Source of the DNA: a virus
Virus record (IMG/VR): IMGVR_UViG_3300049927_000072
Span: 1 to 64,000 of that record
DNA: 64,000 nucleotides
Reading direction: 5' to 3' (one strand)
Made by a program: the position numbers and the translations under genes. The number at the start of each line of letters is the position of its first letter. Position 1 is the stretch's first letter. Below, piece by piece: positions 27,911 through 36,429 of this stretch. The notes beneath the pieces were generated by a model. It saw only the letters and a list, made by a program, of their open reading frames with translations. It did no database searches and was not told the origin of the DNA.

Positions 27911-28326
27911 CGCACCCCAGTTTTATCCGAGTGCTCGCCCGCGCCGACGCTGCTATGGAAGCGCGCGTCCAAACGCCAGAGTGTCAAATCGTTCCCCCGC
28001 TGCGTGAGATCGTGCATGCCGCGCAACTTGCGGTGATCGGCTCCGGCGATACGTCGCAGGCTCTGATCGACGAGAGCGAAAAGCTCGGATGGTGGATGTC
28101 AGCTGCGCTTGATGATAAAAATGTCTGCGCCGAAATGAAATCCAACATCAACGCATGGTTTGTCGCGCTCGAAAATTTTAACAACGTGAGGCGCATTGCA
28201 GCCGCGCTGCCGAAAGCATACGCGCAGGTCTATGCGGAGATGCCGTTCGAAGTGAAACCGACTACCAAACGCAACAGCAAACGGGGGGTACCCAATGCTA
28301 AACGTAGGAAGAAGCGGAAAGCGTAA
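27907..28326 (+). CDS. hypothetical protein
   Basis: ATGA-coupled. Confidence 0.55.
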   Translation: MTHPSFIRVLARADAAMEARVQTPECQIVPPLREIVHAAQLAVIGSGDTSQALIDESEKLGWWMSAALDDKNVCAEMKSNINAWFVALENFNNVRRIAAALPKAYAQVYAEMPFEVKPTTKRNSKRGVPNAKRRKKRKA

Positions 28327-28807
28327 GCCTACCTCGCTCTCGCGAGCGGTTTTCTATCTCGTCGTTCTTGCGATCCTGATAATCTTCGCTCAAATATTCG
28401 GCTCTAAGGCGCACGCCAGCCCGCGCTCGATGCAAGGCGTCGCCAATGTGGGGACGATTGCGCACCCGGCCGGGTGCCCGCGTAGCCTTTTCTGTGCGTG
28501 CGGTCTCGCGCAATACTGGGGCATCTGGCGTGCCGAATTGAACAAGGTGAGCAACTGGCCACACGAGTTCAGTCGCGCTAGTGGCCCGGGCGTCGGCGTC
28601 GCGGCCGTACGCATAGGTGGCGGCCATCATGATCACGTCATCGGTATCGTTGGCGGCTCGCCCGGCGCTTGGGAAGTCGTTGACTTCAACTCAGGCAAGG
28701 GACAGTCTCACCACTACACCGCCGCAGGCTTTCCCGGATATATTTTCCTCAACGTCAAAGGGCAGGGGTTCGCATCAAATGACAATTCACGCGCAAACAA
28801 TTATTGA
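28295..28807 (+). CDS. signal-anchored CHAP/NlpC-P60-like Cys/His protein (putative peptidoglycan hydrolase)
   Basis: N-terminal TM and AHA, PAGCP..FCACG, NW, GVAAVR..HV, NSG. Confidence 0.65.
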   Translation: MLNVGRSGKRKPTSLSRAVFYLVVLAILIIFAQIFGSKAHASPRSMQGVANVGTIAHPAGCPRSLFCACGLAQYWGIWRAELNKVSNWPHEFSRASGPGVGVAAVRIGGGHHDHVIGIVGGSPGAWEVVDFNSGKGQSHHYTAAGFPGYIFLNVKGQGFASNDNSRANNY

Positions 28808-29444
28808 TCGACAAGAAAGTCTCAAGCGTGAACTACTCGATGCGCCGCAATGCAGCTGGTCTGAAGCGGTCTTAAAAAACTACCGCTTCTACTTCACAGG
28901 CGTGCCGTGCGTACGCGGGCACATCTCGAAACGCAGCACATCGGACAAGGTGTGCGTGGAATGCAAACGAACTCGCAAGAACTACTACCAGCCTAAAAAG
29001 AAGACAGACCTGCCAGCCGCGATCCTGTGCGGCGTCGAAGTGCGGATCGGCGAGCTTCGCGAATACGCCCGGAGCGGCAGATTGCCGTTCCAAGTTTTAG
29101 AGAAATCCGGTCTATTGTCGCCGGGCCTCGATAGCGAGATCGCCGGATATTACATTCGGGAAGGGATGGATCATAAGACCGGGCGCGTCTCGTGGGGCAT
29201 ATTCCAGCGCAACTGCGGCACGCGCATTGCATCATTCCTGCCGGGCTTCCCGCGTGTGGTATCAAACGTGAAAGACCTATACGATGTCGCCTGCGAAAAC
29301 CGAAGAGAGAACATCGCCGGACGAGTTGAGAAATTATCTGCGCGACAATTACGGGACATGCTTGAGAGGCACGGCATGCACGTGTGCTCGACTAGGGTGG
29401 CTCGGGACGGCGTGCCCTCACTGGCAGCCACTGGAAGTTTCTAA
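28779..29444 (+). CDS. protein with Zn-binding YFTG.PC..GH...CVEC module
   Basis: Motif; ATG 28779 with GGGG SD. Confidence 0.6.
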   Translation: MTIHAQTIIDRQESLKRELLDAPQCSWSEAVLKNYRFYFTGVPCVRGHISKRSTSDKVCVECKRTRKNYYQPKKKTDLPAAILCGVEVRIGELREYARSGRLPFQVLEKSGLLSPGLDSEIAGYYIREGMDHKTGRVSWGIFQRNCGTRIASFLPGFPRVVSNVKDLYDVACENRRENIAGRVEKLSARQLRDMLERHGMHVCSTRVARDGVPSLAATGSF

Positions 29445-29472
29445 CTACGCAACTCAGAAAGGAAATGCAAAA

Positions 29473-29667
29473 ATGTTCGACACACCCCTCAAAGTGATGC
29501 TCTGGATTACGGTCGCGATACTTGCCCTCGCTTTCTTTTTCGGGCACGCCTCGGCACAGGTGATCGGGATCACTGATGCGAATGGCGGCACGACAATTGT
29601 AGTACCGCTCGGTTCGGCCGCGCCGCACATTATCGACGTGGAAGCGAAGCGCAAAGGGTGCGAGTAA
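29473..29667 (+). CDS. small secreted protein
   Basis: Signal peptide ending ASA. Confidence 0.55.
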   Translation: MFDTPLKVMLWITVAILALAFFFGHASAQVIGITDANGGTTIVVPLGSAAPHIIDVEAKRKGCE

Positions 29668-31031
29668 TGTCAGAGACCATGACCCGCCGCCCTGATCTGT
29701 ACCAAGTTCGCGCGCGTGAGATCGCGATAGAGAAAGGTCTCGACCCCGATGCGCGCGTCGGTGACGGGCGCGGCGCTCCGCAGTGGTGCTCATTCCGGCA
29801 AGCCGCTCGCGACGAGCACAGCGCACGCGAAGCGAAAGCAGCATCCGGGCAAATCGCAGCGATGCCCGCGTATCAAGCGCCTGAATACACGAACGCACCG
29901 TTGGCGATCTTCGGTGAGGACCACGACGAGAACACGATCCTGCAAATGAAGAATTGCATGTCAGTCGGCAATGTGGTCGGCGGGGTGATTTGCGCCGACG
30001 GTCATCTTGGCTACGCGCAGCCGGTCGGCGGAGTGATCGCCTATGATAAGCAAATCAGCATCTCAGGCGTCGGCTTCGATATCGGCTGCGGTAACATGGC
30101 CGTGAGGCTTGCCAGAAATTTCTTCGATATATCCAACGATGAAATTGGGATGTTTGCGCGCGATATCGCCAGCGAGATTTCGTTCGGTGTCGGCCGCATC
30201 AACGAAACGAAAGTTGAGCATGAATTGTTCGACGATGTTGAGGCGTGGCGCGCGAGTGGCATGGAAGACTACAAACCGAAAGCACGGGCGCAACTCGGCA
30301 CGGTTGGTTCAGGCAATCACTACGTGGACTTGATGCGCGACGAGCTAGGCTTTGTCTGGATCGGCGTGCACTTCGGATCACGCGGTCTCGGCCACACGAG
30401 TGCAACAAAATATCTCAAAGCGGCTGGCGGCAAAGATGGGATGCACGTGCCGCCCGCCGTGGTCGACGAGAGCAGTGAGATCGGCGTGCGGTACCTTGCG
30501 GCGATGGAACTTGCCGGGCGCTACGCTTATGCCGGGCGCGAGTGGGTCGTAGAACACGTGCGACAGATTGTCGGCGGCGAAGTTCTCGACAGCGTGCACA
30601 ATCATCACAACTACGCGTGGAGGGAATTGCACAACGGGCGCGAGCTTTGGGTCGTACGCAAAGGCGCAACGCCAGCATTTCCGGGACAGCGAGGATTTGT
30701 CGGTGGCAGCATGGGCGACGATGCTGTGATTATTGAAGGCGTCGAAAGCGATTGGTCACGTCGTGCGCTTTTCTCGACAGTGCACGGTGCGGGCCGTTTG
30801 TTCGGCCGCAAGGAAGCCAAGCGACGTTTCACTAAAGATGAAATGGATGGATGGCTACAGCGGCGCGGCGTGACGTTGGTTGGTGCTGATCTCGATGAAA
30901 GCCCGATGGCATATCGCCGCCTACCAGAAGTGCTCGCCGAACATTTAGATACGATCATCGTACGTCATGTGCTGCGGCCGTTCGCGGTCGTCATGGCGGG
31001 GGAAGGCGAGTTCGATCCATTTAAGGATTGA
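29667..31031 (+). CDS. rtcB: RtcB family RNA 3'-phosphate/5'-OH ligase with N-terminal extension
   Basis: DGH.G...PVG, GFDIGCG, QLGT.G.GNHY, H.GSRG.G, HHNY, RKGAT, GSMG, HGAGR, DESP.AY. Confidence 0.95.
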   Translation: MSETMTRRPDLYQVRAREIAIEKGLDPDARVGDGRGAPQWCSFRQAARDEHSAREAKAASGQIAAMPAYQAPEYTNAPLAIFGEDHDENTILQMKNCMSVGNVVGGVICADGHLGYAQPVGGVIAYDKQISISGVGFDIGCGNMAVRLARNFFDISNDEIGMFARDIASEISFGVGRINETKVEHELFDDVEAWRASGMEDYKPKARAQLGTVGSGNHYVDLMRDELGFVWIGVHFGSRGLGHTSATKYLKAAGGKDGMHVPPAVVDESSEIGVRYLAAMELAGRYAYAGREWVVEHVRQIVGGEVLDSVHNHHNYAWRELHNGRELWVVRKGATPAFPGQRGFVGGSMGDDAVIIEGVESDWSRRALFSTVHGAGRLFGRKEAKRRFTKDEMDGWLQRRGVTLVGADLDESPMAYRRLPEVLAEHLDTIIVRHVLRPFAVVMAGEGEFDPFKD

Positions 31032-31082
31032 TTAACTCTGGCCGCAAGTTTGGCTTGATCGAACCTGCGGCTTTGCTATGGT
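31021..31082 (+). promoter_or_regulatory. promoter with perfect CtrA-type box
   Basis: TTAA-GGATTGA-TTAAC; TTGATC-N16-TATGGT. Confidence 0.7.
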
Positions 31083-31112
31083 CACGGTGCAAATAAAAAC
31101 GGGAGACACAGA

Positions 31113-31295
31113 ATGCAGATTGATAACGCACGACAGGATCGAGCGGCGGAAGCTCAGACCGCTGCCCGCTCACAAGCCTACCGTAACGCCTTCGAATGGA
31201 AAAAGCGCGCGATCCGTGCGCAGCGCGAAGGTGACCTCGAATTGGGTGCACGGCTCAATGCACAGGTCAAACTTGAGATCGGCAAGTATCAATAA
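31113..31295 (+). CDS. hypothetical protein
   Basis: GGGAG SD; own promoter and terminator. Confidence 0.65.
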   Translation: MQIDNARQDRAAEAQTAARSQAYRNAFEWKKRAIRAQREGDLELGARLNAQVKLEIGKYQ

Positions 31296-31303
31296 CAGGG
31301 AAA

Positions 31304-31333
31304 CCGCCCGGGGCAACCCGGGCGGCTTTGTTT
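31304..31333 (+). terminator. intrinsic terminator
   Basis: CCGCCCGGG-GCAA-CCCGGGCGG-CTTTGTTT. Confidence 0.75.
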
Positions 31334-31666
31334 ATGACGAAACCGAAGAAACCCCCAATGTGCAAGATAAATCATTCAGACCCGGATAGCATTCCTGCGT
31401 TCCTTTGCTTGGCGTGCAATCCGCGCGAGCCTGACAGGAAATTTATTGCCGAAGCGACCGAGCGCGTCGAAAGCGATGCACGACTTCAGCTAGACACAGC
31501 GCGGCGCAGGGTGCACAAACTGCGCTCGCAAGTAGGAAGCCTTGAGCGGCATATAAAAGGCGCGAGCGATCCGAAGAGCCGCGCCATCTCTGACAATGCA
31601 ATCGATGGAAAGAGAAAGCGACTTGCAGAAGCCGAAGCGGCGCTCGCGGAGCTTGAGGCAACATGA
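31334..31666 (+). CDS. hypothetical coiled-coil protein
   Basis: ORF. Confidence 0.55.
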   Translation: MTKPKKPPMCKINHSDPDSIPAFLCLACNPREPDRKFIAEATERVESDARLQLDTARRRVHKLRSQVGSLERHIKGASDPKSRAISDNAIDGKRKRLAEAEAALAELEAT

Positions 31667-32022
31667 GCAGGAAACAATACAGCGAGCGCGACGCGGCATG
31701 GGGTCAATACGCCGCGGGCGACGAGGGCAAGAACGCACGGGACGCGTTCAATGCCGGATGGCGTGCGCGCAAGCAAGTTGATTATAGGCAGTTCGCAGTA
31801 GGGCCGCGGCATCTGTCGCCAATCGAGAAGATCGCAGCCGAGATTGCAATCGCGGTGCCTGAGAAGCGCGGCATGTGGTCCGCATCGGCGCGCGTGCACT
31901 GGGTTTTTATCGAGGCGCTGCGCGAGAAGTTTTCGAAGCTCGGCTACGACTGGCGCGAAGGGCGGCGCGAATACCTCAGATTGAAAGCAGACAGCAACGC
32001 GCCAGTATGGGGCAACAAATGA
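31663..32022 (+). CDS. hypothetical protein
   Basis: ATGA-coupled. Confidence 0.6.
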   Translation: MSRKQYSERDAAWGQYAAGDEGKNARDAFNAGWRARKQVDYRQFAVGPRHLSPIEKIAAEIAIAVPEKRGMWSASARVHWVFIEALREKFSKLGYDWREGRREYLRLKADSNAPVWGNK

Positions 32023-32276
32023 CAAAATTTGTAGATTTTGTTTTCGAGAGCAATGAGCATAATTCGGAGCTTACTTTTATCGAAGTTGAAAACGATGCAG
32101 GTAAAAGTATCGCTCTCGGAGAATGGGTACAGCGGCCCGATGGCTACGTGGTGTTGCGCGTCCCGCTTCCGATAGAGATCGCAAGCCCGCTCCCGGCGCT
32201 GATCTATAAAGGATCGGCCGCGCCAAAACTTCTTCCCGAGCAATTCAAGGAAGACGATCCGAAATGGACGATCTAA
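32019..32276 (+). CDS. hypothetical phage protein
   Basis: FIEVEND.G.SI..GEW..R.DG...LR. Confidence 0.65.
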   Translation: MTKFVDFVFESNEHNSELTFIEVENDAGKSIALGEWVQRPDGYVVLRVPLPIEIASPLPALIYKGSAAPKLLPEQFKEDDPKWTI

Positions 32277-32515
32277 AACGGATAAAGTTGCTTTCTTTTA
32301 GCTTGCACCGCTGGTACCGCAGTGAGCTACGGTTGAACCGCGCTATCCAACTGCGTGACCGTGAGCTAGATCGTGTTCGGCTTGAGCGTCACACGTGCCG
32401 ATGGGTTGACAGGGTCACAGCTTTAACCGTACCGGCAAAATCGGCTTGAATTAAATTTCTGAAGCTGCCAAATGTCTCGTGTAACTTCATCATTGTAAAA
32501 AGGATACACTCGGAC

Positions 32516-33283
32516 ATGATTAAACTAGCGAAGCTCGCGACGGTGTCGGCTCTGGCGATCAGTCTCGCCTTGCCAGCATACGCCGCGCCCCCGTCGGGTA
32601 GTAACGCCGGGGGAAACTCCGGCAGTAACTCAAATGCCGGTGGATCGAACGCTGGCGGCAATTCTGGTAGCAACGGCACGCCTCCCGGGCAGGGCGGCGG
32701 ATCACCGAGCAACTCCGGCAGCAACATCGGCAACGTCGGAAATACAGGCAACGGAAATTCCGGCAACGGAATTGGAAACACCGGCCCGGGCAATCCCGGC
32801 CAAGGGAGCGGCGGCACGCAAGGCAACGCTGGCGGCAGTCCCGGCGGTGGCGGTGGCGGTGGCGGTGGCGGTGGGGGTGGCGGTGGCGGCGGTGGTGGCG
32901 GTCACGGACATGGCCATCACCCGCACGGCAAGCCAGCGGCGACCAATCATTCATCCGGTGGCCGTAGCGGCGGACACGGCTCAGCGGCGGCGGCCTACGT
33001 CGGCGCGGCAGTCGGGTGTTCGGCTGTATTTCTGATCGCGGGCGGGGCCGTCAAGGCCGCGCGCGAGAATAAAGAGCTTTCATTCGAGGAAGCCTATTCT
33101 ATCGTCGGAAATTGCTTTCTGCCATTCTTAGGCGGGATGGCAATGGCAAAGCTCGGCCGCGATACCGACAAAGCGGTCTGCAAAAACCCTCACATGCTCG
33201 ACAGCTATTTCCCTGAAACGGCTGGCGAGGTTCGGGCGCGTTTCGTCCGGCAGCATTGCAAGGGAACGCAACTAGCTCAGTAA
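32516..33283 (+). CDS. secreted/membrane Gly-Asn-Ser-rich protein with poly-Gly run
   Basis: Signal peptide (AYA), GN repeats, 20 consecutive Gly, two hydrophobic segments. Confidence 0.75.
   Translation: MIKLAKLATVSALAISLALPAYAAPPSGSNAGGNSGSNSNAGGSNAGGNSGSNGTPPGQGGGSPSNSGSNIGNVGNTGNGNSGNGIGNTGPGNPGQGSGGTQGNAGGSPGGGGGGGGGGGGGGGGGGGGHGHGHHPHGKPAATNHSSGGRSGGHGSAAAAYVGAAVGCSAVFLIAGGAVKAARENKELSFEEAYSIVGNCFLPFLGGMAMAKLGRDTDKAVCKNPHMLDSYFPETAGEVRARFVRQHCKGTQLAQ
32843..32902 (+). repeat. (GGC/GGT)n microsatellite encoding Gly20
   Basis: Direct reading. Confidence 0.9.
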
Positions 33284-33300
33284 ACCAGCGGGGCGTGACG

Positions 33301-33337
33301 AAGCCCGGGGCATGAGCGTGCCCCGGGCTTTTGCTTT
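33301..33337 (+). terminator. intrinsic terminator
   Basis: AAGCCCGGGGCA/TGCCCCGGGCTT plus T-rich tail. Confidence 0.8.
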
Positions 33338-33338
33338 G

Positions 33339-33401
33339 TTAACTCGGCATTAACCGCGCGGCCAGTTTGGGCTTTGCGGCCCGGCTGGCCGGGGGTAGTA
33401 T
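33339..33401 (+). promoter_or_regulatory. promoter with perfect CtrA-type box
   Basis: TTAA-CTCGGCA-TTAAC; TTGCGG-N16-TAGTAT. Confidence 0.7.
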
Positions 33402-33408
33402 CTCCGTC

Positions 33409-33513
33409 ATGAACATTCTCAAGGTTTTCGCAGCCCTCTACGTGATCCAAGCCGCGACAGGCTTCGCGGTCGGCTTCACTATCCCGTGGCTGCACTTTTT
33501 CGGAGTGCTGTGA
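33409..33513 (+). CDS. small membrane protein, probably leaderless
   Basis: MNILKVFAALYVIQAATGFAVGFTIPWLHFFGVL; ATG 7 nt after -10. Confidence 0.5.
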   Translation: MNILKVFAALYVIQAATGFAVGFTIPWLHFFGVL

Positions 33514-33716
33514 CATGACGTGCCTCATAGTGCTCGCAGGTCTCATAATCGCGACGGCGCTCGTGCCATCTCTGCAACAGAAAGTGCTCTAATGCGCGTC
33601 GTTTTATGTGCAGCCTTGCTACTTGTTTTCGAGGCTGCTAGTGCTGGCATCGTCGCCGACTTTGTCGGCCATCACATCACGCTCCCGCCGCTCGAAAAAG
33701 TCTTGAGGGCATTGCA

Positions 33717-33914
33717 ATGAAATACCGAGTAGTTTACGGCGAGACGATGCCAAGTTGGGAGCGGACATTTCCGACAATGCGCGAAGCCACGGCGTTCGCC
33801 AAAAAGCACCGGAACTTCGGTGACCGGATTTTCAGCATCGCAAAAGTGGTCCCCGGCGAACCGCCAAGGTCGATAACGGCGGCATTGGAATTGGACAGGC
33901 TCGACCAAACATGA
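33717..33914 (+). CDS. hypothetical protein
   Basis: ATGA-coupled. Confidence 0.55.
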   Translation: MKYRVVYGETMPSWERTFPTMREATAFAKKHRNFGDRIFSIAKVVPGEPPRSITAALELDRLDQT

Positions 33915-34059
33915 ACACGTTTGATAATAATCCAGAAGAGCAGCGGCGTCGAAATATGGTACTCGCCTCGCAGCGCAGGCTCCCACGTGTGCGCGAGCGT
34001 GCGTATGCAGAGGCGCTGTTCTACATTGCTGCGCCGCTTATTGTGCTCGCCATCTGCGC

Positions 34060-34461
34060 GTGGTTCCTGTGAACCAAAATACAGGTTGGCCGACTTTCGA
34101 TGACCTCTTGAGGGACATCCGTCTCCGGCGGATAATTCTGGCACAAGAACGACAAAGTCGGGGGCGTGCCGTGAAACATTTTCAATTCCAAATAGCGTCA
34201 GAGATCGCAAGCACGAAAGTGCCGGGCGGTTGGACGAAAGCCGATCTCGCGCAGGTCGTGCTTGTGCACATGCGTGCGTTCTCACCAGAGCAAACCGAGC
34301 GCTCGCTGCGCAAGCACGCGGGTTGGCGCACGGTCGCAAATATAAAGCCAGAGCAATACGGCACATGCATTGCGCATCTTTGCTACGAGATGACGCGACG
34401 CCCGCATCTCATGACGCAACCCCTCTTACCGAAAAAAGGAACCGATGACAATCTCACATAA
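34060..34461 (+). CDS. hypothetical protein (start uncertain)
   Basis: ORF in operon. Confidence 0.55.
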   Translation: MVPVNQNTGWPTFDDLLRDIRLRRIILAQERQSRGRAVKHFQFQIASEIASTKVPGGWTKADLAQVVLVHMRAFSPEQTERSLRKHAGWRTVANIKPEQYGTCIAHLCYEMTRRPHLMTQPLLPKKGTDDNLT

Positions 34462-34894
34462 CGATATGCTGCTCGCGCTCGCGGGCGAGCCGAAAGCAGA
34501 GGAAGCGATTTTCTGGTTTGCGTTCGCATGGCACAGCGGAAAAGGCTCCGACCTCTATCGCATCTTATGTGAAAGTCCGTACGTGGCTACACTTGACCGC
34601 AAGTGGCACGAAGACCCGGACATCGTGCGAATGTTCGAAGTGCTTGAGAAACATTTCAAGCCAGCAATTGAGGCGGCGTATCGACCAGTTCAATTGCACG
34701 AAGTTGAGGACGGCGATATTCTAATCGCTGGCACTAGCTTCCTGTGCATCCCGAACCGATGGCCGTGCCGCGTGTTCAAAAATGAGGGTGAACTTGTCGT
34801 CATGTGCCGCGGCAAACATGAGGATGAAAAGTGGGCGGGCGTCCACACGCTGCGCGCCGACGGCGATGGCAACGTAATTGGCTTTCGACGCTAA
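34445..34894 (+). CDS. hypothetical protein
   Basis: AIFWFA..WHSG..S.LY motif; AAGGA SD. Confidence 0.65.
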   Translation: MTISHNDMLLALAGEPKAEEAIFWFAFAWHSGKGSDLYRILCESPYVATLDRKWHEDPDIVRMFEVLEKHFKPAIEAAYRPVQLHEVEDGDILIAGTSFLCIPNRWPCRVFKNEGELVVMCRGKHEDEKWAGVHTLRADGDGNVIGFRR

Positions 34895-34904
34895 AGGGCC
34901 GCAC

Positions 34905-35078
34905 ATGGGCTACGTTTTGATAACACGCAATCCATCGAATAAAAAGCTTGTCGCTATTGTCGATAATGACGGCGACGCTATTGCCGAGTTCAGTACCGAA
35001 GATGCCGCCACTGAAGCCGCGCACAACACCACACTTTGCAAGGCGTGGGGTTATGAGATAATTCACGTCGACGCTTGA
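34905..35078 (+). CDS. hypothetical protein
   Basis: ATG 34905. Confidence 0.55.
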   Translation: MGYVLITRNPSNKKLVAIVDNDGDAIAEFSTEDAATEAAHNTTLCKAWGYEIIHVDA

Positions 35079-35388
35079 TGCGCCAACAACGGCAGGGAGA
35101 TTGATATGGAAACAGCTGTGACACCAGCCGAGGCATTGAGGCTGCTTTTAGATCATGTCGATTACACGAAAGATGCGTGTAGTCTTACGGAAAAGGTCGG
35201 CGCTGTTTTGCCGCCAGAGGTTATAAAAATCTGTCACGAAGCATTGTCCGCCGCACTGTGAGGAACAGATGGAAAATTGTGGTCCGCTAACTTGGTGTCT
35301 TCTTTGGCAACTTATTGTGGGGTTTTTATTCTGGCCGACTGTGTTCGCGATAATGGCCGGGATAGCGCGGCTCTTTTACGGTAAATGG

Positions 35389-35421
35389 CCGGTTGCGAGT
35401 TTTCTGAAACGGCGATAAACA
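35389..35421 (+). promoter_or_regulatory. late promoter motif CCGGTTGC...TAAACA
   Basis: Near-identical copy at 36994-37026; related copies before structural genes. Confidence 0.75.
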
Positions 35422-35452
35422 CGGCGGCTCAATTCGGGGGGGGGAGACCGCC

Positions 35453-35689
35453 ATGGGTGTATTAAAAGCCAAGTCGCGCAACGCGCTGCCGTCGAAAGAT
35501 TTCGGCCTGCCGGATACGCGCCAGTATCCAATTGAGAATAAGGCTCACGCGCGCGATGCACTGGCCCGGGACAGTGAAGAGCTTGCCAAGGGCAAATTGA
35601 CCCCGGCACAGGCGGCTCAAATCAGGCACCGGGCCGACGTAGTGCTCGGCGAGACTGACAGCAACTACCACAATCACAGCAAGAAATAA
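35453..35689 (+). CDS. small late protein, LP.KDFGLP..R.YPI....HA..AL (DUF6582-like)
   Basis: Motif recognition. Confidence 0.7.
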   Translation: MGVLKAKSRNALPSKDFGLPDTRQYPIENKAHARDALARDSEELAKGKLTPAQAAQIRHRADVVLGETDSNYHNHSKK

Positions 35690-35717
35690 TTAACTTTTAC
35701 TGTGGTAGGTTCAGGCC

Positions 35718-35942
35718 ATGAAAGATGCACAGGGACACGGCAGCGATAGCACTGGCAACCTCGCCCAGACAGGGCGCGGCCCGGCGGCTCATTCGTCGTT
35801 TCTGATCCAGAAATTAAACCCGGCGCTCGTGGGCAACCCGTGGCAGACGGTCGCGCGCATGAAAAACCAAGCGACGGCCGAGCGTGTCGCGCAGCACATG
35901 CGAACCGATGACCGCAGTATAACGAATAGGGTGAGACGATGA
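35718..35942 (+). CDS. MKD-GHGS-tagged small protein 1
   Basis: N-terminus MKDAQGHGSD. Confidence 0.75.
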   Translation: MKDAQGHGSDSTGNLAQTGRGPAAHSSFLIQKLNPALVGNPWQTVARMKNQATAERVAQHMRTDDRSITNRVRR

Positions 35943-36181
35943 AAGACGCACAGGGACACGGCAGCGAAGGCTCCGGCGCTGCGCATCAACGCGGCGTCGA
36001 GAAAGCATCGGCCACGATGACGCGCCAGCATTTCGAGATGATCGCGAGTACGCTCGCGAGCAGTGGAGCGAGTGCGGAGATTGTTAAAAATTTCGCTGAC
36101 AAACTCGCGGCGACAAATCCGCGATTTGATGCGGCTAGGTTCACCGCTGCGGCATCGAAAAGCTCCGGAGCAAAGAAATGA
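35939..36181 (+). CDS. MKD-GHGS-tagged small protein 2 (body paralogous to 22182-22403)
   Basis: MKDAQGHGSE; HFEMIA...FADKLAATNPRFDAARF. Confidence 0.8.
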   Translation: MKDAQGHGSEGSGAAHQRGVEKASATMTRQHFEMIASTLASSGASAEIVKNFADKLAATNPRFDAARFTAAASKSSGAKK

Positions 36182-36429
36182 AAGACGCACAAGGACACGG
36201 CAGCGACGGCAGCGGTAGCTTTATGCCGAAGTCTATCAGCGATGCTCGCGCGGCAGCGGCGCTCGCGCAAAATCATCCGAAGTCCGACACTAGCCCCGTC
36301 ACCGGACGACTTCCGGGTTCCGGAATTGGCATGAGCGCGAATGCGAGCTTCTCGGCTCCGGCGCGTGGTATGAGTTTCTCCGGCAACACCGCAGCGATGC
36401 TCATGCGTCAGAAGATGACAGGGCGATGA
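36178..36429 (+). CDS. MKD-GHGS-tagged small protein 3
   Basis: MKDAQGHGSD. Confidence 0.75.
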   Translation: MKDAQGHGSDGSGSFMPKSISDARAAAALAQNHPKSDTSPVTGRLPGSGIGMSANASFSAPARGMSFSGNTAAMLMRQKMTGR

